64,000 nt of DNA from Actinomycetales bacterium (lineage in GTDB: Bacteria; Actinomycetota; Actinomycetes; Actinomycetales; Dermatophilaceae): contig JBBQWX010000002.1 of NCBI GenBank assembly GCA_038210185.1, positions 10,705 to 74,704 of the forward strand, in the 5' to 3' direction. The position numbers and the translations under genes are program-made. The notes under the pieces were generated by a model. The model was not told the DNA's origin, ran no database searches, and saw only the letters and a list, made by a program, of their open reading frames with translations. Below are positions 34,744-44,459 of the stretch, one piece after another; the first letter of the stretch is position 1; each line of letters starts with the position of its first letter.

Positions 34744-36110
34744 AGACGCGCTCTGAACAACGCGAGCGGCAGGTCGATGCCCAGGTCGCTGAGCTCCTTG
34801 GTGAACTTCGGTCGCAGCCCCGTGCTGACCAGCTGGCCACGGAAACGGCCGTTGTCGTCGCGGCCGGCCGAGAAGTCGAAGGTGAACAGGTCCTGCATGG
34901 TGACGATGTCACCTTCCATGCCGACCACCTCGGTGATGGCGGTGATCCGCCGAGACCCGTCCTTGAGGCGGGCCTGCTGCACGACGAGGTCCAGCGCGCC
35001 GGTGACCTGCTCGCGGATGGCGCGCACGGGGAGGTTCACCCCCGCCATGAGCACCATCGTCTCGAGTCGGGCGAGTGAGTCGCGCGGGCTGTTCGCGTGC
35101 ACGGTCGTGATCGACCCGTCGTGACCGGTGTTCATCGCCTGGAGCATGTCGAGGGCGGCACCGTCACGGACCTCACCGACGACGATCCGGTCGGGGCGCA
35201 TGCGCAGCGAGTTCTTGACCAGGTCGCGGATGTCGATCTCGCCCCGTCCCTCGATGTTCGGCGGTCGCGACTCCAGGCGCAGCACGTGCTCCTGGTGCAG
35301 CTGCAGCTCGGCAGCGTCCTCGATCGTGATGATCCGCTCGTCGGCGGGGATGAAGGAGGAGATGACGTTGAGCGTCGTGGTCTTGCCCGAGCCGGTGCCG
35401 CCGGAGATGACGATGTTGCGACGACCGAGCACACAGGCCTTGAGGAAGTCGCGCACGGCCGGCGAGAACGTGCCGAACGCGATCAGGTCGGCGTCGTTGA
35501 ACGGGTCCTTGGAGAACTTGCGGATCGTGAGCATCGCGCCGTCGAGCGCGATCGGCGAGACGACGGCGTTGACCCGGGAGCCGTCGGGCAGTCGGGCGTC
35601 GACGAGCGGGCTCGCCTCGTCGACACGACGACCCACGCGCCCGACGATCTTGTCGATGACCCGACGCAGGTGCGCCTCGCTCGAGAACTGGGTCTCGACG
35701 GGGTAGAGCTTGCCGGCCCGCTCGACGTAGATCGAGTCCGGTCCGTTGACCATGATCTCGGTGATCTCCGCGTCACGCAGGAGGGGCTCGAGGGGCCCGT
35801 GGCCGAGGATCTCGTCCGACACCTCCTGCGCGATGCGGGTGCGGTCCGCGTGCGAGAGCGGGGTCTGCTCGGAGTCGATGGTGCTCTGCAGGGTCTGGCG
35901 CACCTGCGCTGCGAGCTCGGACTCGGGCAGGTGCGGGTCGTAGAGCCGGGGGCCCAGGCTCTCGATCAACGCCTGGTGCACGCGTTCCTTGACCTCGCCG
36001 AAGGGGTCGACCGTGCGTCGCTTGGTGGGGGAACCGGGCGGGCCGGTCGTGTCGCCGGCGGGTGCCGGTTGGGAACGCCGGGCACTGTCGAGTCGGTCAG
36101 CGAGACTCAT
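34740..36110 (-). CDS. cpaF: Tad secretion ATPase TadA/CpaF
   Basis: GGTGSGKTT, TIEDAAEL, LRMRPDRIVVGEVR, AMNTGHDG. Confidence 0.96.
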   Translation of the reverse strand: MSLADRLDSARRSQPAPAGDTTGPPGSPTKRRTVDPFGEVKERVHQALIESLGPRLYDPHLPESELAAQVRQTLQSTIDSEQTPLSHADRTRIAQEVSDEILGHGPLEPLLRDAEITEIMVNGPDSIYVERAGKLYPVETQFSSEAHLRRVIDKIVGRVGRRVDEASPLVDARLPDGSRVNAVVSPIALDGAMLTIRKFSKDPFNDADLIAFGTFSPAVRDFLKACVLGRRNIVISGGTGSGKTTTLNVISSFIPADERIITIEDAAELQLHQEHVLRLESRPPNIEGRGEIDIRDLVKNSLRMRPDRIVVGEVRDGAALDMLQAMNTGHDGSITTVHANSPRDSLARLETMVLMAGVNLPVRAIREQVTGALDLVVQQARLKDGSRRITAITEVVGMEGDIVTMQDLFTFDFSAGRDDNGRFRGQLVSTGLRPKFTKELSDLGIDLPLALFRARL

Positions 36111-37285
36111 CGCCGCCCCCTGAAGAGTGTCCTGCGGGTGGCCCGCACGGGTTCCTCAGTCGCCGCGAACTTCGCCGAACGCAGGTGGACGTCGGCGAGC
36201 GTGCGGATCGACGCGCAGACCGCCCCCTTGGGGTCGTCCAGGACGATCGGGACGCCACGGTTGACGGAGGCGGGCACCGTGAGGGAGTTCGGGATGTTGA
36301 CGGCGATGTCGCTCTTGATCGCCGCCACGACGTCCTCGGGCCGCAGCCCGACCTTGGCGTCGGCCTTGTTCAGCACGATGACCCGGGCGTCCTTGGGGCT
36401 GCCGAGCATGTCGAGCGTGTCGATCGCGACGCGCAGGTTCTTCACCGCCGGGATGTCGAGGGTCGCGATGAGGACCAGCTTGCTGCTGATGTCGCAGGCG
36501 GCGAGCACGTGCTCGGTGAAGGACGGCGGGGTGTCGACGATGATGTACTCGTAGTGGCCGCGGGCCACCTTCAGCAGCTCGCTCACGACGTTCACCGGGA
36601 TGCGGTCGGCCTCACCCGGGTCGTTGGGGGCGCAGATGACGTCGAGCCCGCTGGGCTCGTAGACCGTCACCAACGAGGCGAGGCCCTCCTCGTCGATGTG
36701 ACCGCTCATCGCGACCGCGTCGAAGATCGAGCTGGTGGGCCGCAGCTGGAGACTGATGGCGACATCGCCGAAGGCCAGGTCGAGGTCGACCAGGAGGGTC
36801 TTGGCCTTGGTCGAGGCGAGGTGCACCGCCACGTTGGTCGCGATGGTGGTCTTGCCCACCCCGCCCTTGGCCGAGAAGACGGTGACGATCTCCCCGCTCT
36901 CGCGGGCCGACGACCCGGCCTGGTGACCGAGGAGTCGCGTCGTGAGCTCACGGCTGCGTCGCAAAGCCTCCGCGAGGGCGGAGTGGTCGTCGGCGACGAC
37001 GACCTCGCGGATGCCGCTGCGCAGGGCCGAGCTCAGCGTCGTGACGTCGACCCGGAGGCGGAGCAGGATCACTCCCAGCTCCGGCCGGTCGAACCGCGCG
37101 GCCTCGGCCAGCTCACAGGCCTGCTCGAGGAGGACGTCGGGGCCGATGACGACCTGCTGCACGTTGACGTTGTCGTGCAGGACCCGGGCCACCATGGCGG
37201 GCGAGTCGAGGGCCTGCGTGTCGGCACCGAGCGCGAACCGGTAGCGCTCCAGTGCGTCAGGAGCGGGATCCCAGAGGATGTTCAT
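36107..37285 (-). CDS. cpaE: TadZ/CpaE receiver-like + MinD-type ATPase
   Basis: SAKGGVGKTT, DLDLAFGD, IIVDTP, KNLR. Confidence 0.92.
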   Translation of the reverse strand: MNILWDPAPDALERYRFALGADTQALDSPAMVARVLHDNVNVQQVVIGPDVLLEQACELAEAARFDRPELGVILLRLRVDVTTLSSALRSGIREVVVADDHSALAEALRRSRELTTRLLGHQAGSSARESGEIVTVFSAKGGVGKTTIATNVAVHLASTKAKTLLVDLDLAFGDVAISLQLRPTSSIFDAVAMSGHIDEEGLASLVTVYEPSGLDVICAPNDPGEADRIPVNVVSELLKVARGHYEYIIVDTPPSFTEHVLAACDISSKLVLIATLDIPAVKNLRVAIDTLDMLGSPKDARVIVLNKADAKVGLRPEDVVAAIKSDIAVNIPNSLTVPASVNRGVPIVLDDPKGAVCASIRTLADVHLRSAKFAATEEPVRATRRTLFRGRR

Positions 37286-37287
37286 GC

Positions 37288-38055
37288 TCAGCCTCCGAAG
37301 ACGTTCTGGTCGGTCGTCTCGAGGTTGGGGTCGACCTTGACCTCTTCACCGCGCAAAGCGGCATACAGCGTGTACTGGTTCACTGCGTGGACGAGCTTGG
37401 TCGCCTGCTCGGGGGTGACCGCGAGCGTCACCAGGAAGCTGGCGGCCTGCTGTTCCGTGGCCTCCCCCTCGGCCGGCGCGGTCTGGGCGACACCGCTCTG
37501 GAGGGGCTGGGCTCCCAGGCCGATCACCTGGATGTTGTCGAGGAGCACCGAGGTGGCCATGGTGCTCGCGGCGCCTTCCGCCGCCTTGGCGGCGGCGGTG
37601 GGGTGGGTGGCGAAGATGGTGAGGAAGCTGCCCGGGGTGACGAAGCTGCCGACGCGAGCGGGGTCGGACAGGGCCACGGAGACCGCGAGCTTTCCGGTGG
37701 GCACCTGGATCAGCCGCTGCCCCAGCGGGGTGTCACCGAAGGCCGCCGCGAGCACGTACTGGCCCGGCGGGATGTCGGTCAGCGCCAGCAGTGAGGCGTT
37801 CTCCTCGGTGACCTTGGTCAGCGCACCCGCGGGAACTCCGCTGGCGGGGATCCTGGTCTCGGTGAGCATCTGCAGGCGCAGCGCGTCGCGGATGCTGGTG
37901 CCCGCAGGGACCTGCAGGGACGACGTGTAGACCGTCGTGGGGCTGTTGGCGGCGACCGCACGTGCGTCGGCGTTGCGTGCGTAGAGGAGCACCATCACGC
38001 CCCCCACCAGGGCGAGCACGGCGGCCACGACGATGGCAAGGATCCGACGACCCAT
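37288..38055 (-). CDS. cpaB: Flp pilus assembly protein CpaB/RcpC
   Basis: N-terminal TM segment, SAF, G..V.PG..., LLDNIQVIG, VTLAVTPEQA.KLV. Confidence 0.9.
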   Translation of the reverse strand: MGRRILAIVVAAVLALVGGVMVLLYARNADARAVAANSPTTVYTSSLQVPAGTSIRDALRLQMLTETRIPASGVPAGALTKVTEENASLLALTDIPPGQYVLAAAFGDTPLGQRLIQVPTGKLAVSVALSDPARVGSFVTPGSFLTIFATHPTAAAKAAEGAASTMATSVLLDNIQVIGLGAQPLQSGVAQTAPAEGEATEQQAASFLVTLAVTPEQATKLVHAVNQYTLYAALRGEEVKVDPNLETTDQNVFGG

Positions 38056-38107
38056 CACAATTCCTTCAACAATGGTTGTTCGAGTGGTGCGCAGGCGCTG
38101 TGCACAG

Positions 38108-38278
38108 TCAGATCTTGACCCCGGCGTCGGCGAAGATGGCTGAGAGGTTACCCCCGAGAAGAACGACGGCCGCGATGATCACGAGAGCGATGAACGTGAC
38201 CATCAGGGCGTATTCTACGGCCGTCGCGCCGGCCTCACTCTTGAGGCGATGGCGCGCACGCGCCAGCCTTTGGCTCAT
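38108..38278 (-). CDS. flp: Flp pilin 2 (56 aa, not in ORF track)
   Basis: MSQRLARARHRLKSEAG/ATAVEYALMVTFIALVIIAAVVLLGGNLSAIFADAGVKI; class IVb G/xxxxEY motif. Confidence 0.92.
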   Translation of the reverse strand: MSQRLARARHRLKSEAGATAVEYALMVTFIALVIIAAVVLLGGNLSAIFADAGVKI

Positions 38279-38381
38279 GAGGGTCTCCTAGCTGTCCAGT
38301 GCGAGGACGCTGAGTAGTGCCGAACGGAGTTTGGCGCCGACTGCGCGGGTGTCCCTGCAGCCGGCGCCCACGAGATAGCCC

Positions 38382-38561
38382 TCAGATGCTGGTGCCGACC
38401 TGGTTGAACAAGCTGCTGAGGCGGGTGCCCAACAGGATCACGGCGGCGATGATGACGATCGCGATGAGGGCAACCATCAGGCCGTACTCGACGGCGGTCG
38501 CACCCTCCTCGGAACGACGGGTGGTGGCGTAGGTCTGGATCTTGGCGATGGCCTTGGTCAT
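38382..38561 (-). CDS. flp: Flp pilin 1 (59 aa, not in ORF track)
   Basis: MTKAIAKIQTYATTRRSEEG/ATAVEYGLMVALIAIVIIAAVILLGTRLSSLFNQVGTSI; GAAAGG RBS. Confidence 0.95.
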   Translation of the reverse strand: MTKAIAKIQTYATTRRSEEGATAVEYGLMVALIAIVIIAAVILLGTRLSSLFNQVGTSI

Positions 38562-38663
38562 GGTGCGAGCCTTTCAGGACGTTCCGGGGGGTTTGGTGGT
38601 GCGCTATCAACACTGGCAGGTCGGACGGCACCGCACGATCGCCCGATGGGCCCTACGTAAGAG

Positions 38664-38702
38664 CCGAACGGTCGAATGACATCGGCCGTTCGGCCGATGT
38701 CA
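38664..38702. promoter_or_regulatory. Palindrome upstream of flp (operator or terminator)
   Basis: TGACATCGGCCG-TT-CGGCCGATGTCA at 38677-38702 plus a related CCGAACGGTCGA at 38664-38675. Confidence 0.6.
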
Positions 38703-38747
38703 GTAGGCGTCCGGTGCCCTGGGCACGCTGGCCAGGCGCGGCCACGA

Positions 38748-40118
38748 TCAGGACGTCTTCGTGACGATGCTGATTTCCCCAGAGCGCTGCACGACCACCC
38801 AGCCGGCCTCCGACAGCCGATCAGCACAGCCCTGGTCCACGACAGCGACGGACAGCCCTGGGTCAGGGACGCGGCAGTCGTGCAGGAAGTCGAGGAACCC
38901 CGCCTGCACCTCGCGGGGGAAGGCGTCGACTGGGTTGGCCGCCCAGACCGTGATCCCGGCCTGGGCGAAGGTCTCCGCCTCCGGCTCTCGGGCCAGCACC
39001 GGCCGGGTTCCCGCCACCCGCTTCAGCGGGGCCACGGCGTCGTGCCCCGGCGGACGCACCTGCGCCGACCGGGCGACCAGCACCGCACCCACGAGTGCCG
39101 CCGCCACTGCACCGACCGCCACGAGGGCGGTCGTGCGGCGCGCAGCCGCCGGGAGCGTGCCGTCGCCGGCGTCTGCGCCGAGGGGTCGGGCTCGACCCGC
39201 CGCAGCGACGGGGGCGAGCAGGAGCAGCAACCACACCCCGTGCCGGGCGGCCGTCACGGTGGCCACCGCCAGGCCCACGGCCGCGAGCCACTCCCACCGC
39301 ACCAGCGAGCGGGCTGCCAGGGCGAGCAGCGCCCCTGCGACCACCACCATCGCCGCGTCGAGCGGGTGGGTCAGGTCCGGTGCGGCCCACAGGTCGGTTC
39401 CGCGGACCGCTGCCTCGTTGCCCAGGGCGCCGACGTAGTAGGCCGGCGTGCGCAGCCCGGCCGAGGTGAGCACCAGGGCTGCCAGGGACATGACGCCCAC
39501 CAAACCTCGGCGGACGAGGGTGTGGGAGCGGCCGGCCAGCACCCAGACACCCAGCACGGCGATCCCCACCAGGACCGCTCCGTGCAGGTTGCCCCACACG
39601 ATCATCAGGGGCGGGACCAGCCACACCGCACGGCTCGCCCTCTCCTCCTGACGCCGCAGGAGCCACACGAGGCCGACGAACGGGACCAGCGACAACGAGG
39701 GGAACCGGGCGACGACGAACGGGCTGGCGCACCCCACGACCACCAGGCTCACCACGGCGGCGGACCGGGCGGGCCGCGCGCCCAGCCGCACGGCATCCGC
39801 ACCCACGATCAGCAGGGTCGTCGCCACCAGCGCGAGGTGCAGGGCGGGCAGCGCCCACCAGCCCAGCGCGTGGACCACCGAGAAGAGCACCTGCGCCGGC
39901 ACCGTCGGGTTGGGCCAGTCGAGCTGGGGTGCCGACGCGAACGGCACGCCCGAGGGCACACCCCCCTCACGCCGTATGACGTCTCCCATGGCGACGACCC
40001 ACATCAGGTCGGCACCGATGATGACGAAGGCGGCCAGCACGACGGCCCACGCCCCCACGACGACCTCGGCGAGCGGGAACCGGGTTCCACGATGGCCGCT
40101 CGGCTCGGGTCGGGCCAC
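38748..40118 (-). CDS. Polytopic GT-C-like membrane protein, paralog 1
   Basis: GADLMW..G in the first loop, VWGNLHG, T.AG...P.YY, C-terminal soluble domain. Start inferred. Confidence 0.7.
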   Translation of the reverse strand: MARPEPSGHRGTRFPLAEVVVGAWAVVLAAFVIIGADLMWVVAMGDVIRREGGVPSGVPFASAPQLDWPNPTVPAQVLFSVVHALGWWALPALHLALVATTLLIVGADAVRLGARPARSAAVVSLVVVGCASPFVVARFPSLSLVPFVGLVWLLRRQEERASRAVWLVPPLMIVWGNLHGAVLVGIAVLGVWVLAGRSHTLVRRGLVGVMSLAALVLTSAGLRTPAYYVGALGNEAAVRGTDLWAAPDLTHPLDAAMVVVAGALLALAARSLVRWEWLAAVGLAVATVTAARHGVWLLLLLAPVAAAGRARPLGADAGDGTLPAAARRTTALVAVGAVAAALVGAVLVARSAQVRPPGHDAVAPLKRVAGTRPVLAREPEAETFAQAGITVWAANPVDAFPREVQAGFLDFLHDCRVPDPGLSVAVVDQGCADRLSEAGWVVVQRSGEISIVTKTS

Positions 40119-40171
40119 GCCACATCCTCGAAATCGGCTCGGACGAAGGGTGGCACGACCATAATCCACAG

Positions 40172-41686
40172 GTGAGGTCGGGGCAGCGGGATTGGGTGGT
40201 CGTGTACCTGTGGCTCGGCTCGCTCGCTCTCGTCCGGGCGGGGTCGGTCGAGGAGCGCGACCCCTACTGGCAGGCGCGGGCCGGGCTGGAATGGCTGGAG
40301 GGCGCGGCGCTGCAGCGACCCGACTCCTGGAGCTGGGCCCCGGTCGGTGGCGACGTCCGGTGGACCTCGCCACTGTGGAACGCCGCGCTGGGAGCCGGTT
40401 ACGAGGCCATCGGCTTCGCCGGCATCTTCCTCGTCGGGCTGGCCGCGATCGCCGCCCTGCTGGCGTCGATGGTGCTGCTGGCTCGCCGCCTGGGGGCCCG
40501 ACCCCTGCCCACGTTGGCGGCCACCGTGCCCATCCTGCTCGTCGGGCTCCCCTTCCTGTCACCGCGGGCCACCGTGCCCGCCCTCGCGCTCGCCTTCTTC
40601 ACGATCGCGGCGGCCGACGCGTGGCGTTCTCGCGGCAGCCGGGTCCCGGCGGCGGCCGGGGCCGCAGCCGCCGGCGTGACCGCGCTCGCCGTGACGGCGT
40701 CGGGCCTGTGGCTGCACCTGTCGTGGCTGGGGCTCGGGCCGGCCACGGCGGTGGCGTGCTCGGTGCTGTGGTGGGTCGCGCCCGGGCTGGACACCGCCCG
40801 CCGGATGTCACTGACGCTCGCCGTCGGGATCGGCACGGTCCTCGGCATCCTGCTCGGCCCCTACGGAACGGACGCCTTCGCTCTCACCCGGGCAGTGCAA
40901 CGGGCGTGCGCGGGGCTCATCACTGAGTGGTTCGGCATGCTCGACCCGGCGGTGGCCTCGCGGTGGGCCGCCGTCGGCATCTTGGCCGTCGTCGGTGCGT
41001 CGGCAGCTCTGGCATGGTGCGTTCGTCGGTGGAGGACGACGCGGTCCGACGACTGCCTCGGTCTCGTCTCGGCGCTGACAGTTCTGGCGTTCCCGGCAGC
41101 CCTCGCCGGCTTCACCGCCGTCCGATTCATCGGTGTCGCCTCTTTTGCCCTGGCGCCGGTGGCCGCCCTGGGGATGACCGCCGTGGGGGCGAGGGTGGCG
41201 CGCCGAGCCGCCGAGACGCCGCCGCGTGGGGCCTTCCGCAGTGCCCGGGTGCGCTTCTGGTCGCACGGGCGGCACTGCCGCCCCGTGCTGCTCATGGTGT
41301 GGGTGGTGCTGCTGCCCGGCGTGGTGCTGCTCACCCTCCCCCTCGCGCGCCCTCTCGACGACGCCGCCGTGCTCGAGCGGCTCCCCTCGGGGTGTCGCTT
41401 GCTCTCCGACCCCGGAACGGGTGGTTCCGCGGTGCTGCTGCGCCCCGACGTCCCGGTCTGGTACGACGGCCGGTTCGACTACTGGGGGCGTGAGCGCAAC
41501 GCCCAGGCGGTGGGGGTCCTTTCCTCGGACCGCGTCGACGCAGCACCGTTCACCGAGGCGACCTGTGTCGTGCTGCGGGTCGACGAGTCCGGGCCGGCGC
41601 GGTTGGCGGCGGCGCTGGACACCAGCGAGGACTGGCGGCAGATCGCCCGCTCGGGTGACGTCGTCGGATGGGTGCGTGCCACGTGA
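40172..41686 (+). CDS. Polytopic GT-C-like membrane protein, paralog 2
   Basis: EERDPYWQARAG, LSPR, LGPYG, ITEW, C-terminal VPVWYDGRFDYWG; CATAAT six nt before GTG. Confidence 0.7.
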   Translation: MRSGQRDWVVVYLWLGSLALVRAGSVEERDPYWQARAGLEWLEGAALQRPDSWSWAPVGGDVRWTSPLWNAALGAGYEAIGFAGIFLVGLAAIAALLASMVLLARRLGARPLPTLAATVPILLVGLPFLSPRATVPALALAFFTIAAADAWRSRGSRVPAAAGAAAAGVTALAVTASGLWLHLSWLGLGPATAVACSVLWWVAPGLDTARRMSLTLAVGIGTVLGILLGPYGTDAFALTRAVQRACAGLITEWFGMLDPAVASRWAAVGILAVVGASAALAWCVRRWRTTRSDDCLGLVSALTVLAFPAALAGFTAVRFIGVASFALAPVAALGMTAVGARVARRAAETPPRGAFRSARVRFWSHGRHCRPVLLMVWVVLLPGVVLLTLPLARPLDDAAVLERLPSGCRLLSDPGTGGSAVLLRPDVPVWYDGRFDYWGRERNAQAVGVLSSDRVDAAPFTEATCVVLRVDESGPARLAAALDTSEDWRQIARSGDVVGWVRAT

Positions 41687-43101
41687 GCGCCGCACCAGCT
41701 GCCGGCCGAGTGCGGGCCGCCTCGGTAGTTGGCCTGGTCGCCATCGCCACGATGCCGTTCGTGATCCTGCGGCTGAAGCTGGTGCCCGTCGACGACGCCG
41801 ACGCCTTCTGGCACGTGCTCTCGGGTCGGAACGTGTGGGGCACGCACGACGTCGTCGTCGACGACCCGTTTGGTCGCTTCAGCACGAACACCTGGGTGCA
41901 GCTGGACTGGCTGAGCGACCTCGTGATGGCCGGGCTGCATGCCGTGGGCAGCTTCCCGGCGCTGGCCTGGCTCTACGCCTCCCTCGGGGTGCTGCTCTTC
42001 GCCGCCCTCTACGCCCTGGCGAGGTCGCGGTCCGGGGTGCTCGTGGCCGGGTTCGTCGCAGTCGCGTCGTGGATCGGCACCTTCGCCAGCCAGGCGTTTC
42101 GCCCCCAGACGATCTCGTTCGTCCTGCTGGCGGTGACCCTGCTGGTCTGGCAACGGGTGGCGCGCGGCCGGGCCGGCACCCCGTGGTGGCTCGTCGCGCT
42201 CACCTGGGTGTGGGCCGGCGCGCACGGGCTGTGGTTCATGGGCCCGCTCGTCGGGTTGGTGGTGGTGGCCGGTCTGGCCCTGGACCACGCCCGGCCTCGG
42301 GGCGAGCTCGTGCGACTCCTCGCGGTCCCACTCCTGGGGGTCGCGGTGGCGGCGCTCACCCCAGTCGGGCCCCGCCTGCTCGCGCTCCCGTTCACGGTCA
42401 ACGCCTATGCGCGCTTCGTGACCGAGTGGCGATCACCGGACGTGCATGAGCCTTACGTTGCCGTCACCGTCGGCCTGCTGGCCCTCACTGTGGTCGGCTG
42501 GGTCCGGACGGGTCGGCAAGTTCCCTGGGTCGACGTGCTGCTCTGGGTCATGGCCCTGGGGTGGGCGCTGCTGTACGCACGCACGGTGGCCCTCGGGGCG
42601 GTGGTGGTGGCCCCCCTTGCGGCTGGAGCGCTCGAGGAGCTCCTGGCACCCCCGGCGGACCGCGCGGCCGCCGCGGTCGAGCGGTGGCTGGTCCCGGCAT
42701 CCGCGGTCGTGGCCGTCGCCCTGGCGGCCGTTCTCGCGCCCTCCGTCGCCGCTCGCCCTGGCGGGGTCCCGCTGGCGCTCGACGAGGCGATCGACGCGCT
42801 CCCCCGCGGCACCGTCGTGCTGAACGACGACGCGCTGGGCGGGTGGCTGCTCCTGGAGCACCCGCGGGTCTCCCCCGTCATCGACACCCGCACCTACCTG
42901 TTCGACATCCCCTACATCGAGGACTACATCGAGGCCCGTGGCGCCGTGGGCGACTGGCAGGGCTTTCTCGAGCGAACGGGCGCCACGGCGGCGCTCCTGC
43001 CTGCCGGCGCTCCTCTCGCGACCGCGCTCCGGAGCGAACCGGGCTGGACGGAGTCGGGCCGAGGTGACGGTTACGTGTTGCTGACTGCGCCGGAGTCGTG
43101 A
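41683..43101 (+). CDS. Polytopic GT-C-like membrane protein, paralog 3
   Basis: DDADAFWHVLSG..DPF..W..LDWL, RPQ, WAGAHG, LTPVG, VTEW, DALGGWL..PVIDTR; GTGA coupling to paralog 2. Confidence 0.75.
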   Translation: MSAAPAAGRVRAASVVGLVAIATMPFVILRLKLVPVDDADAFWHVLSGRNVWGTHDVVVDDPFGRFSTNTWVQLDWLSDLVMAGLHAVGSFPALAWLYASLGVLLFAALYALARSRSGVLVAGFVAVASWIGTFASQAFRPQTISFVLLAVTLLVWQRVARGRAGTPWWLVALTWVWAGAHGLWFMGPLVGLVVVAGLALDHARPRGELVRLLAVPLLGVAVAALTPVGPRLLALPFTVNAYARFVTEWRSPDVHEPYVAVTVGLLALTVVGWVRTGRQVPWVDVLLWVMALGWALLYARTVALGAVVVAPLAAGALEELLAPPADRAAAAVERWLVPASAVVAVALAAVLAPSVAARPGGVPLALDEAIDALPRGTVVLNDDALGGWLLLEHPRVSPVIDTRTYLFDIPYIEDYIEARGAVGDWQGFLERTGATAALLPAGAPLATALRSEPGWTESGRGDGYVLLTAPES

Positions 43102-44294
43102 GGGCGGATCGCCCTCCACCACAGGGCGATCAACACCAGCACGACCCACGGCGCCGCGAGGACCGACAGAGATGGCACCTCGCGCGCCACGACCTGCAGC
43201 AGGGGTGACAGGAAGAGCAGCAGGTAGCCGAGGGCGACGAGCCCACGAACGTCCGGTCCCGCTCGCCGGGTGAGCAGCCACGCGACCCCCGGGTAGGTCA
43301 GCACCAGGTCGTAGACCATCGCGTGGGGACTCAGCAGCACCGTCACGAGCGGCACCACGGTCACCAGCAGGACGGGGAGTGCGAGGTCGCGCAGCGCCCC
43401 CCGGTGGCGCACCGTGAGGGCGACGACCACGGCAACCCCGGCGAGCCACAGTGCCGTGGCCAGTGCCCCCGAGCCGGGCGTGAGATGCTCTACCAGCCCG
43501 TTGATGCTGGTGTTCTTGGCCGTCTGGCCCACGACCACCTCGTCCCGGTACAGCGGGGACGTGAGCGCGTCGAGCCACGCCGTCCACGCGCCCACTCCCA
43601 GCACCGCGAAAGAGGCGGCCACCAAGGCGACAGCACCGGCAACGAACCCGGCCAGCGCCGCGACGGCGCCACGGAGGAGGAGCACCAGCGGGACGAGCCA
43701 CACCAGGTGGGGCTTGATCAGGGCGATCGACAGCACCGCGCCGGCCCACGGGTCGTGACCGGCCACGAGCAGCCGGGCGCCGAGTGCGAAGGCGGCCAGC
43801 ACGACCGCTGAGTCCTGACCGGCGCCGAGCAGCTCGAGCACGACCTGGCACGAGCCCGCCACGAGCATCCCCCGCCACCCGGCGACACGGGCGAACGCCG
43901 GGTCGAGGTCGGCGAGGGTGTGGACCGAGAACCACAGCAGGCCGAAGGTCAGCGCCGTCCACAATGCGGCCGCGACGGCGTAGGGCAGCAGCCCCAACGG
44001 GACCATGAGCACCGCGACGAAGGGGGGCGACACGAACCATGAAAGGGCATCGGACCCGAGACCTGCCTGCAGTGCCGCCTGCACGGTGGGGTCGTACAGC
44101 TCGGCGCCGCGGCCGTCCGCCACGAGCCGCCCTGCCGTCCACCGGGCGAGGAAGTCGGGCAGGGCGACGACGAAGAAGAGCGACGAGACCCAGAAGACGG
44201 CGAACAGCACCGCGATCGCTGCGGGGTAGACGACCAGCCGGTCGCGCGTCAGGTAGCGGTCCACCCTCGACCACCTGGTGGTGGGTGCGTCCAT
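43071..44294 (-). CDS. GT87/DUF2029 polyprenyl-sugar-dependent glycosyltransferase
   Basis: PDF.A.WTAG..V..G...LYD, FVSPP, GQDS, IKPHL, PH...YDL. Confidence 0.88.
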   Translation of the reverse strand: MDAPTTRWSRVDRYLTRDRLVVYPAAIAVLFAVFWVSSLFFVVALPDFLARWTAGRLVADGRGAELYDPTVQAALQAGLGSDALSWFVSPPFVAVLMVPLGLLPYAVAAALWTALTFGLLWFSVHTLADLDPAFARVAGWRGMLVAGSCQVVLELLGAGQDSAVVLAAFALGARLLVAGHDPWAGAVLSIALIKPHLVWLVPLVLLLRGAVAALAGFVAGAVALVAASFAVLGVGAWTAWLDALTSPLYRDEVVVGQTAKNTSINGLVEHLTPGSGALATALWLAGVAVVVALTVRHRGALRDLALPVLLVTVVPLVTVLLSPHAMVYDLVLTYPGVAWLLTRRAGPDVRGLVALGYLLLFLSPLLQVVAREVPSLSVLAAPWVVLVLIALWWRAIRPHDSGAVSNT

Positions 44295-44459
44295 CACGCG
44301 TGGCACGGTACCCGTCGCAGGCCAGACACGTCGCTGATCCGAGGGATGGGCGCCCGTCGGCCGTTCGGTTCGTTTCAGCGGAGTCGGCGTGAGCACGCGC
44401 GCCCGGGAGGCGTCCTCAACTAGCGTCGAGGGGTCCAGAGCCGTCCCGAGGAGCCAGCC

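Noticed and set aside
38562-38747. c-di-GMP riboswitch upstream of flp
   Set aside because: No GEMM-type GGCAAA/GACGCAAA features are seen.
40164-40171. ATCCACAG as a member of the comF-type box set
   Set aside because: No -10 at the 38-nt spacing in either direction; it may simply be part of the leaderless promoter.
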